32,000 bases of DNA, from the NCBI GenBank assembly GCA_030614005.1, contig JAUWKS010000030.1, forward strand, positions 6,563 through 38,562. The letters are read 5' to 3'. Position numbers and translations under genes: made by a program. This document shows positions 1 through 7,464 of the stretch, piece after piece (position 1 is the first letter of the stretch; each line of letters begins with the position of its first letter). This stretch comes from Candidatus Heimdallarchaeota archaeon (lineage in GTDB: Archaea > Asgardarchaeota > Heimdallarchaeia > JABLTI01). Below the pieces are notes generated by a model. It did not search any database. It had not been told where the DNA came from and saw only the letters and a list, made by a program, of their open reading frames with translations.

Positions 1-1007
1 TCATTTCCCGTTGGTTCCACACCAAAATAGTGTGCGGAAAAACGACTATGCAAAAATGATTTCATTATTCCTTTCTCAATGATAACCGTTTTCTGTGGTT
101 TTACACCGGCATCATCTACTGGCAACCAACCTGAAGCATAATCTTGCTCTCCGGTATCGACCATTGTTACAAGTTCACTTGCAACTTTTTTACCGATGGT
201 GCCTTTCGCAGCACTTCCAGACATAACAAAATCACTCTCTACAGTATGACCAATAGCTTCATGGGATATTATTCCCACTACTTTTGGATCCATTACTACA
301 GTGTGTTTTCCTCCTTTTGCTAAAGGAGCATCTAGTAGTTTTATTGCTGTAGTAACAGCAGTTTCAACCATTTTCTCAGGAGGTGATATTTCAAATATTT
401 CCCAACCACCACATAATCCTCGAGCAACCATAAATGGCATCATTTTTCCTGCATCGTGTGCAATTGCTTGAACATAAAAATCAGGTTTGCTATCGAATAC
501 CTCAGCATTTGACCCATCTGAATTCATAACTATTCTATGATTATGATATTCTCGCAAAAAGATCAGTGAGCCTTTAATTTTCTCATCTGCTTTCAGAACT
601 TTTTGGTCAGTATCTGCAACAAGTTTCACTCGTTCCTCTATACTGTGATTTGCTAATGGATCTTTTCCCAAAGATTTGAAAACACCGATTACTGGTTTTA
701 TTGGTGCCAATTCAATCTTTTCTTTCATACTTGGAGCTAGATTTCTTGCAGCGGCAATAGCATCATTCAGAGTCCCTTTTACTGTGGATTTATCTAATTT
801 GCTTGTGCTTGCAAAACCCCAGGCGCCGTCAACCAGAACTCTTATTCCTATACCAGCAAAATCATCAACAATTGCTTTCTGAAGTTTTCCTTTGTCAGAG
901 CGCACTTCGATCTTTTTCCTTTGATGATATCTTGCTTCTACATGAACGCCATCTGGTCGTTTATCTATTACTGTTTGTAGTAAGTCTTTCAATAAAAAAA
1001 ACACCAT
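1..1007 (-). CDS. tldD: TldD/PmbA-family metalloprotease (TldD-like), 3' end runs off the window
   Basis: Not in the ORF track. Manual translation of the minus strand gives (M)KDLLQTVIDKRPDGVHVEARYHQ...GIGIRVLVDGAWGFAS...VVMDPKVVGIISHEAIGHTVESD...LPVDDAGVKPQKTVIIEKGIMKSFLHS...EPTGN. HExxxH zinc motif at 263-246. Start is ATG 1007 or TTG 992. Confidence 0.92.
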   Translation of the reverse strand, partial: MVFFLLKDLLQTVIDKRPDGVHVEARYHQRKKIEVRSDKGKLQKAIVDDFAGIGIRVLVDGAWGFASTSKLDKSTVKGTLNDAIAAARNLAPSMKEKIELAPIKPVIGVFKSLGKDPLANHSIEERVKLVADTDQKVLKADEKIKGSLIFLREYHNHRIVMNSDGSNAEVFDSKPDFYVQAIAHDAGKMMPFMVARGLCGGWEIFEISPPEKMVETAVTTAIKLLDAPLAKGGKHTVVMDPKVVGIISHEAIGHTVESDFVMSGSAAKGTIGKKVASELVTMVDTGEQDYASGWLPVDDAGVKPQKTVIIEKGIMKSFLHSRFSAHYFGVEPTGN

Positions 1008-1157
1008 TTGAATTAATTTTAATGTTATAATAGAATGTGATTGTTTCTAAGTTTAATATTTTATTGTCATTTTATAGAATTAGAACTTGGGAATTAAAAT
1101 TAAACTCGAAGAATTATTAACAGAAAAATATATGAGAGTAGAATTGGATATGTTCTA

Positions 1158-1412
1158 CTAGTGTTTTCTTCTTTTGTCTGCTTTGTGAATAACACTGTAA
1201 TCTTTTATTTCATATTGTTTTGACGCAACAAGATTTAATCCACAAGAAATGCACAATACATTATTTGGTTCATTTAATGTCTTACAGTTTGAACATTCAA
1301 TTTGCTTTTCTTCTGTTAGTGCTACCTTTTGTTTTTTTAAACTTTCTTTTACTAGATCTTTATCTTTTCTTATATGTTTTTGTGCTTCGTCTATTGGCAT
1401 AATATAATACAA
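1158..1412 (-). CDS. Small zinc-ribbon protein (one CxxC-x10-CxxC), basic C-terminus
   Basis: CSNCKTLNEPNNVLCISC; AGGAGG 8 nt before the TTG start. Confidence 0.8.
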   Translation of the reverse strand: MYYIMPIDEAQKHIRKDKDLVKESLKKQKVALTEEKQIECSNCKTLNEPNNVLCISCGLNLVASKQYEIKDYSVIHKADKRRKH

Positions 1413-1444
1413 TCATTTTTCCTCCTAGTATAAATTGTTCAAAT

Positions 1445-1454
1445 AAGTATTTAA
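1445..1454 (-). promoter_or_regulatory. Partial copy of the shared TATA-like element upstream of zinc-ribbon gene 1
   Basis: AAGTATTTAA on +, matching the core of the 15-mer found before the next two genes; 33 nt upstream of the start. Confidence 0.45.
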
Positions 1455-1543
1455 GGATTAGTTAATTGAAAAAAAGAAAAAGTGAGAAGAGAAATTTTCG
1501 TATATTCCTCTCTTCCTTGTGCCACTCATTACTTTGCTACAAG

Positions 1544-1699
1544 CTATTCAGTCACTAATGCTTTGTCAGAATCTTGCCTACAAATAGCACAAACTTTGTG
1601 ATCTTTTCTGAGAATCTTTCCACAGAGTGGACATCTTCTCCCATCATCCAACCCTTTTTCTACTATTGCTAGTCTCCAATTAAGTAAAAGCTTACTCAT
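1544..1699 (-). CDS. Small zinc-ribbon protein (51 aa)
   Basis: CPLCGKILRKDHKVCAIC. Start reassigned from 1780 to ATG 1699 (MSKLLL) because the shared 15-mer lies at the same distance from this ATG as from the start of the 1783..2118 gene. Confidence 0.7.
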   Translation of the reverse strand: MSKLLLNWRLAIVEKGLDDGRRCPLCGKILRKDHKVCAICRQDSDKALVTE

Positions 1700-1726
1700 C
1701 CTTATTCCGAATAGTTTTGGTGTGAA

Positions 1727-1741
1727 GAAGTATTTAAAACT
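1727..1741 (-). promoter_or_regulatory. TATA-like element, identical to 2146-2160
   Basis: GAAGTATTTAAAACT (+), 28 nt upstream of ATG 1699. Confidence 0.6.
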
Positions 1742-1782
1742 AAGCGAATGAAAATGAATAATTGAAGAGAAAAATCTCATTT

Positions 1783-2118
1783 CTACTGTTGTCTTTTTCT
1801 CTTTCTTAAACTACTCATACCGCTGAGATCAAGTGGTTTAGACATTTCATATTGAACAAAATTTATACCACAAGAAGAACAGATTACGCTATCAAAGGCG
1901 TTCAAGTTTTTGCACTTGGGGCAATCCTTTTCCTTCATAGGAACTACTCTATCTTTTTCCTTTGCCATATTTGGGTCATTTTTACAATAAGAACATAGTT
2001 TTTCTCCGATTTTCAAGGGTTTTCCACAGTGGGGGCAATAACCGACTACATCCTTCGTTTTTTTTCTAATATAAGATCTACCTCTATTAAGTCTACCTCT
2101 GCCTGGAATCATATACAT
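1783..2118 (-). CDS. Double zinc-ribbon protein, RG-rich N-terminus and basic C-terminus
   Basis: CPHC..CSYC and CPKC..CSSC pairs; GAGGT SD upstream. Confidence 0.85.
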   Translation of the reverse strand: MYMIPGRGRLNRGRSYIRKKTKDVVGYCPHCGKPLKIGEKLCSYCKNDPNMAKEKDRVVPMKEKDCPKCKNLNAFDSVICSSCGINFVQYEMSKPLDLSGMSSLRKRKRQQ

Positions 2119-2145
2119 TCATACCTCAACTATTATACATTTGAT

Positions 2146-2160
2146 GAAGTATTTAAAACT
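2146..2160 (-). promoter_or_regulatory. TATA-like element, identical to 1727-1741
   Basis: GAAGTATTTAAAACT (+), 28 nt upstream of ATG 2118. Confidence 0.6.
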
Positions 2161-2265
2161 TAATATTCGAAAAGCACTTAAAAAAAGTTCTACAAAAAAT
2201 TAGTGATTTTTTGGTATAAAAGAAAATTATTTATGCGGTTATTTCTTGGCAACTCTGCTCTTAAA

Positions 2266-2325
2266 ATGGTGATGAAATCCACCTTGACCTCTGTCTGAAC
2301 CGCATATGGCTGATGACTTCTACTT
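2266..2325 (+). ncRNA. Fluoride (crcB) riboswitch
   Basis: GGTGATGAAATCCACC...AACCGC-ATATG-GCTGATGACTTCTAC follows the fluoride riboswitch consensus (P1 GGTG/CACC, pseudoknot GAAAT/ACTTC, AACCGC, GCTGATGAC..CTAC) and lies directly upstream of crcB. Confidence 0.85.
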
Positions 2326-2351
2326 TTAGAACTAAGGTGGAACAAACAAGA

Positions 2352-2734
2352 ATGAATTCAATATTAATAGTTGGTATAGGTGGCTTTGTGGGAGCGATTC
2401 TACGATATCTCCTAAGCACTTGTATGCAAAATGGTGGAGAAACGTTTCCTTATAGACGTTAGCGGTAAATGTTATTGGAAGTTTCCTTTTAAGTTTGGTA
2501 ATGTTTACTTCGGAGTATACAGGCATTTTCCCGGATGATACAAGATTGTTTCTTACAGTAGGACTGCTTGGAGCGTTTACTACTATGTCTACTTTTAGCT
2601 ATGAAACATTCAAATTTTTTGAAATGGGCGAGATGATCATGCTAACCAAATATGTTGTTGGAACAATTGTTTTTACACTCTTAGCAGTTTACCTGAGTAA
2701 AATAATTGTTGTAACAATGATGGGAACAAAATAA
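2352..2734 (+). pseudogene. crcB: Fluoride channel CrcB/FluC, frameshifted (1 nt missing near 2454-2458) or carrying a sequencing error
   Basis: Frame 1: MNSILIVGIGGFVGAILRYLLS...ETFPY then TAG at 2460. Frame 2: LAVNVIGSFLLSLV...FLTVGLLGAFTTMSTFSYET. Both Fluc signatures (GGxxGAxxRY, GxLGxFTTxSTF) are present; the 383 nt span is not a multiple of 3. Confidence 0.9.
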
Positions 2735-3026
2735 GTAGAAAGAGGAAGTAAATGACTACTATTACATTTACTTACAAATTTGTGGCTTAAGATAATTCAC
2801 AGATAATTGACTTGCGAACGATTCAATATCTACTGAATAACAATCAAGATTTGATTATAGATCATGTAATTGAGCGAACGTTTTCTCATCTAACTGATGA
2901 GAATTACAACGAATTTGGAGTAGGATTACAAAAAGATTATTAGAAAAAAAATTAGTTTTAACATTTTAAAAGAAGGGATTAGTCTACGTATAACTAAAAT
3001 ATTCAATTGACTCTATAATTATAAGG

Positions 3027-5048
3027 ATGGATTTATTATTGTATCAAATAAGAAGAAATTGTATCTTGTTATTATCAGTTTTATGTCTAATCCTTCAATT
3101 CCAGCTTACTGTTGTCGGAATTAATTCACAACTACCTGCAGTTGAGATTCAATGGACGTATCAGACAAATAACCCAATTTTTTCATCTCCAGTAGTGGCT
3201 GATTTGACTAATGATGGAAAGTTGGAAATACTGTTTAGTTCAATGGGAAATACATTTACTCTTGATTCAAATGGAAAATTGATTTGGAATAACACAGACA
3301 TAAAGTTTGCCTATTCAGCAGGTGCCATTGCGAACCCTGCAATAGTAGATATAGACGGAAGTAATACTTTAGAAATAGTTGTTGATTCGTATAGTTATGG
3401 GGTTTATTGTATAAATCGCTTCGGAGAGGTAATGTGGTTTTATGAAGAGGATGCTATAGTAACCTCACCGGTGATAGCTGATTTAGATAATAATGGGGAT
3501 ATGGAGATCATTTTTGCCACACAACAGAGAATACTCTGCTTGAATTCTTCCGGACTTGTGAAATGGAACTATACCGTTGAAGTAGCATATTCATTTGGCA
3601 CTCAATTTGCCTTGGCTGACCTTGATGATTCAGGCGATGTTGAAATATTAATCAATACTCAAAGTAGTGAGCTTTTATGTTTGAATACAGATGGTACAAA
3701 AGCTTGGTCTTCAAATTATTCAGGTATGCCAATAACAGCGGATTTAGATGGAGATAACTCAAAAGAGATAATCCTTTCTTCATACGACCAAGTAACATGT
3801 CTAAACAGTACTGGTGGATTTCTATGGGAATACATAGGAGGAAGTGGTTTCACTGTTATTAGCGTTGCAAACATCATTGAAGATGAAAAACTTGAAGTGA
3901 TAGTTTGCAGTGGGGCCGGAAAAAGTGTGATATGCTTAAATTCTCTGGGACAATGGGAGTGGACGTATTTTGCTGATGAAACACCAACTTCACTTTGCAT
4001 TGCAGACCTTACTGGGGATGGAAACTTGGAAATAATCATTGGCACAGAGTATGGTGGCCTATTTTGTTTGAGTGCAAATAAAGCATTGCTCTGGGAAATC
4101 AGCGTCTCGGATGAGTTCTGGGCAGTAACATATCCTTGTATTATAGATTTAAATGGTGATGGAATACATGAAATCGTTTTTGCTCATTTTAAAACAGTGT
4201 ATTGTCTAAAGGTTACTGGTATAAGTAAATCAGGTGTAGCACCGTGGTATTGTAAAGGAGGAACGGTATTTAGAACTGGCACATTGGATTCTGATGGTGA
4301 TTACATAGATGACCTCTCAGAAGAGACTTGGCTCCAAACAGATAGGCTTGTAGCTGATTCGGATTTCGATTATCTCACAGATGGAGAGGAGTTCCTCTAT
4401 TACCATACTGATCCAACAAATCCTGACACAGACGGAGATGGTTTTCTCGATGGGGAAGAAATTGCATCGGGAACCGACCCTTTAAACCCAGATGATAATC
4501 CTGCAATAAGACGAAGATTACTAATCAAAAAAGTCTTGATTATTGTTATTCCAATAATGGCCATTTTGTCTTTTCTATTGATAGTTTCTAAAATTTCTTA
4601 TGTGCTCAAACATCCGAAGAGTATTTTGAGTAGAACCATTGCTCAATTGAAGAATTCAGATAATGAATTCGTTCCTCTTAAAGAGCTCATTAACAAAACA
4701 AACCTCACTCGAGATAAAATATTGAAGCAATTAAAGAAAAATAGTTTCTGTGAAAACAATAATATTATCTTTTTTTCAAATTGTCTCTATTTTAAGGAAA
4801 AAATTGATCTTAAAGCGATGATTACAAATTTGGAGAAAGCTAGTGTAGAAATTCAAGGAAAGGAAATAATAAATAACGATACAATACTTTTGCTTTCTGA
4901 AGGAAAAGAGCAATTAGAAAAAGTTAAGTTCTTTGCTGAAGAACTGAAAAATCAAGAAATCATCAATAAGTGTCATAAAATATCCCATGACTTGACAGAT
5001 GTCATGAATAAAATAGATTTTGACATTTTAGCAAGAGTAAATGGATGA
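3027..5048 (+). CDS. Single-pass membrane protein: signal peptide, 8 FG-GAP/PQQ-like propeller repeats, TSP3-like Ca-binding repeats, TM helix, cytoplasmic helical domain
   Basis: Eight repeats of the type SPVxADLxxDGxxEIxx; DSDGD/DPTNPDTDGDGFLDGEE repeats; hydrophobic VLIIVIPIMAILSFLLIV preceded by RRRLLIKK. Confidence 0.88.
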   Translation: MDLLLYQIRRNCILLLSVLCLILQFQLTVVGINSQLPAVEIQWTYQTNNPIFSSPVVADLTNDGKLEILFSSMGNTFTLDSNGKLIWNNTDIKFAYSAGAIANPAIVDIDGSNTLEIVVDSYSYGVYCINRFGEVMWFYEEDAIVTSPVIADLDNNGDMEIIFATQQRILCLNSSGLVKWNYTVEVAYSFGTQFALADLDDSGDVEILINTQSSELLCLNTDGTKAWSSNYSGMPITADLDGDNSKEIILSSYDQVTCLNSTGGFLWEYIGGSGFTVISVANIIEDEKLEVIVCSGAGKSVICLNSLGQWEWTYFADETPTSLCIADLTGDGNLEIIIGTEYGGLFCLSANKALLWEISVSDEFWAVTYPCIIDLNGDGIHEIVFAHFKTVYCLKVTGISKSGVAPWYCKGGTVFRTGTLDSDGDYIDDLSEETWLQTDRLVADSDFDYLTDGEEFLYYHTDPTNPDTDGDGFLDGEEIASGTDPLNPDDNPAIRRRLLIKKVLIIVIPIMAILSFLLIVSKISYVLKHPKSILSRTIAQLKNSDNEFVPLKELINKTNLTRDKILKQLKKNSFCENNNIIFFSNCLYFKEKIDLKAMITNLEKASVEIQGKEIINNDTILLLSEGKEQLEKVKFFAEELKNQEIINKCHKISHDLTDVMNKIDFDILARVNG

Positions 5049-5094
5049 GTCTTTTAACGAACAATGCGAAGAGAGCAATTGGAGTTATTTTTTT

Positions 5095-5210
5095 AAAAAG
5101 GAAGAGAGAAAGGAAGGAATCGAGGAGAAAAAGAGTTAGCAACACAAGGGAGAAGAAAGGAGAAGAGAAAGGGATACTGATGAGAAGAGGAAAAGAGAAA
5201 AGGAAGAAAA
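5095..5210. repeat. Polypurine/polypyrimidine low-complexity tract
   Basis: 105 of 116 nt are A/G on +, by manual count; forms the 3' trailer of the tRNA on the - strand. Confidence 0.8.
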
Positions 5211-5215
5211 TGGCA

Positions 5216-5299
5216 TACCGGGGACGGGATTTGAACCCGCGAGTGCGGAGGCACAATGGATTAGCAATCCATCTCCCTACCAGGCTAGGAAACCCCGGT
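5216..5299 (-). tRNA. tRNA-Ser(GCT), CCA not encoded at the canonical position
   Basis: Cloverleaf: acceptor ACCGGGG/CCCCGGT, D-arm TCCT..GGGA, anticodon arm ATGGA-TTGCTAA-TCCAT, long variable arm GTGC-CTCC-GCAC, T-arm GCGGG-TTCAAAT-CCCGT. Confidence 0.95.
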
Positions 5300-5424
5300 G
5301 AAAAGTCAGAGATTATTTTTGTTTTTTCGATAATTTGTTCATAAAGATTATGGTTAAATTGTGATTAATGTTTTTATAAGTTTTTTGAAATCAATTTAAT
5401 AGTTATAGTAGACTATTTTTCTAT

Positions 5425-6132
5425 ATGAACACTAAAGATGATTTTGCCATTCCTGAAGAGTATACGGATCTTCTTACTTCAGTGAGGGAGAAACAAATAG
5501 AGCTTGCATTGGGCATTTCCCTTGATAATAGAATCAGTTTCGGGGATATTCGAGTAATTGCTGGATTAGATGTTGCCTTCTCTGAGAAAAATGATTTGGC
5601 TTGTGCTGGCATTGTTATCATCGATTCTCGTTCTTTTGAAGTATTGGATGAACAAGTAGCATTCTTTGAACCGCGAATTCCTTATATCCCTACTTTTCTC
5701 CATTATCGAGAATCCCCTGGGTATCATAAGATTATAACGCAAATAAGTGAAAAACCTGATGTATTAATCTTTGATGGCAACGGTATTATTCACCCTTTTG
5801 AGTTTGGCATTGCAAGTCAGATGGGATTAGAATTTGATATCCCAAGTTTTGGCATTGCTAAAAAGTTACTTCTTGGTGAGTATGATAATCGTTTAAATCG
5901 TGGTGGTTTTTCAGATATCCTACACAATGAAAAAACCCTTGGCATTGCTTTTCAGAGCCTTGCTCCACCTGCAAAACCTATTTTTGCCTCCCCTGGTCAT
6001 TTAATTGATATGAGAACGATAACCAATATCCTTCGTGATTTTAATTTACAGCAGAAATTCCCTTCTAAATTACCTTTGCCTCTTGCTTTAGCAGATAAAC
6101 TAGTGAGAGAGAAATTAGCGATTGGTACGTGA
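5425..6132 (+). CDS. nfi: Endonuclease V
   Basis: IAGLDVAF, PYIPTFLHYRE, DVLIFDGNGIIHP, FGIAKK and PIFASPGH motifs. Confidence 0.95.
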   Translation: MNTKDDFAIPEEYTDLLTSVREKQIELALGISLDNRISFGDIRVIAGLDVAFSEKNDLACAGIVIIDSRSFEVLDEQVAFFEPRIPYIPTFLHYRESPGYHKIITQISEKPDVLIFDGNGIIHPFEFGIASQMGLEFDIPSFGIAKKLLLGEYDNRLNRGGFSDILHNEKTLGIAFQSLAPPAKPIFASPGHLIDMRTITNILRDFNLQQKFPSKLPLPLALADKLVREKLAIGT

Positions 6133-6257
6133 TTTTCTTATATGTTGTAAGTTAATTGGCGTATACCTAACGTACAAGTTATTAAACTTAAAGAAAGATA
6201 TAAAATGAAAATAAGATTTCGCTTAGTAAAAATAAAGCGAAACTCTATTTTAATTGA

Positions 6258-7373
6258 TTATTTTTTTATTGATGCTTGAGCAATTTTTTGGAAACCCATT
6301 GCATTAGCCATTACTGGATCTTCTGGAACGATAACCTCGTCTGGTGTGTGTACGATATTATGTTCTGTAAGAATGGTTTTCATGTTTTTACCAAAAACTT
6401 CAGCGCCACCACCAGTTAGAATTACTTTTTCTATCCATGCATCGGGTGGTAAAGTGCCCAGAAGAGTTGAAACCTCATCTACAATGATATCAGCGATTGT
6501 ATTTACATAATAATCAGTTGTTTCAGAGATATCGTATTGTTCTCCTGCTATCATAACGTTTTTGCGACCAATTTCTATTGCTTTTATCAATTCGAATGGT
6601 CGTAGAATTTTTCCTGTTTGCTTATTGAGATTGTCGGCTATTCTCCCTGCAAGAGTTGTTATCGATTCGTGGACACTTCCACTGGCTGTTCTCATTAATC
6701 TTCCTTCATACACTGTAAGAATATTTGTTGCGCCTGCACCTATATCAATAACTATAGCATCCACAGCTCTATCTTCCCCTGATGTCTTCAAGATTTCATA
6801 ATAAGAACCATAACAGACTGGCATAACTAAACATTGGTCAATCTTTAGTTTGATTTGTTTTTCTTCACCAGAAGCATCATTAGCGACATTAATTGTCATG
6901 GCGCCTTTCATACCAGAGCTAAGTGTTGTCATTTCTTCTTGAGAACTTGCGACAGGTACACCGGTTGCAATCACAAAGTTAGCATAATCTTTTTCCACAA
7001 AATTCGATAAAGCCGCTTGCATTGCTATTATTGCATCCTTCAAGCTTTTCATTTTTCCATCTGCAGCCAGCGGTCGCTTGATTTCACTTTGAAGTCTAGC
7101 TAGTTCACCGACAAAGAATTTCTTTCCTGCATCTGTTGTTAGAACAAGATTATTTATCCACGATTTGTCAGTTCCTAATCCTTTCCATCCTGGGTTTGGA
7201 TCGCCTACAAGGCTAGGAATTTTTATTTCCTTTTTTCCATCGGGACCAACCAGTTTTATTAAACTAGTTCCTAGATCAATGCCAATTGCCATCGGATTGC
7301 CTGTATCTTTAGCTTTCGATTTAGATTTATCTTTTGATTTAGCTTTAGCTTTTTGTTTAGATTTTTTAGACAA
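6258..7373 (-). CDS. ParM/StbA-family (Alp-like) actin-fold ATPase with Lys-rich N-terminal tail
   Basis: Phosphate-1 IGIDLGTSLIK, connect ATGVP, phosphate-2 VIDIGAGATN, adenosine LTGGGA. Start reassigned to TTG 7373 (GGGTG SD 6 nt upstream); the longer ORF to 7562 overlaps the upstream gene. Confidence 0.88.
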   Translation of the reverse strand: MSKKSKQKAKAKSKDKSKSKAKDTGNPMAIGIDLGTSLIKLVGPDGKKEIKIPSLVGDPNPGWKGLGTDKSWINNLVLTTDAGKKFFVGELARLQSEIKRPLAADGKMKSLKDAIIAMQAALSNFVEKDYANFVIATGVPVASSQEEMTTLSSGMKGAMTINVANDASGEEKQIKLKIDQCLVMPVCYGSYYEILKTSGEDRAVDAIVIDIGAGATNILTVYEGRLMRTASGSVHESITTLAGRIADNLNKQTGKILRPFELIKAIEIGRKNVMIAGEQYDISETTDYYVNTIADIIVDEVSTLLGTLPPDAWIEKVILTGGGAEVFGKNMKTILTEHNIVHTPDEVIVPEDPVMANAMGFQKIAQASIKK

Positions 7374-7428
7374 AATTTTCACCCTAGTTTTTAGAAGGAA
7401 TAATTTCCTTATATAGGTATAAAAAAAG

Positions 7429-7447
7429 CATTTTAAATACTTTCTAG
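7429..7447 (-). promoter_or_regulatory. Candidate BRE/TATA promoter for the actin-like gene
   Basis: CTAGAAAGTATTTAAAATG: purine-rich BRE-like segment followed by a TATA-like box, ~60 nt upstream of the TTG. Confidence 0.45.
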
Positions 7448-7464
7448 TCTGGACATGAGAGAGT

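Noticed and set aside
1158-2118. Ubiquitin-binding NZF/RanBP2 call for the C-x2-C-x3-N-x6-C-x2-C fingers
   Set aside because: Spacing fits, but the Trp and the TF dipeptide are missing, and common prokaryotic zinc_ribbon_2/DZR domains share the same spacing
1-5216. Integrated island downstream of the tRNA 3' end
   Set aside because: No integrase, no duplicated tRNA 3' fragment and no obvious composition shift seen within the window
5002-5344. ORF-track entries 5045..5344 (+) and 5002..5256 (-)
   Set aside because: They overlap the tRNA and the purine tract; the K/R/E- or F/L/S-rich translations are compositional artefacts
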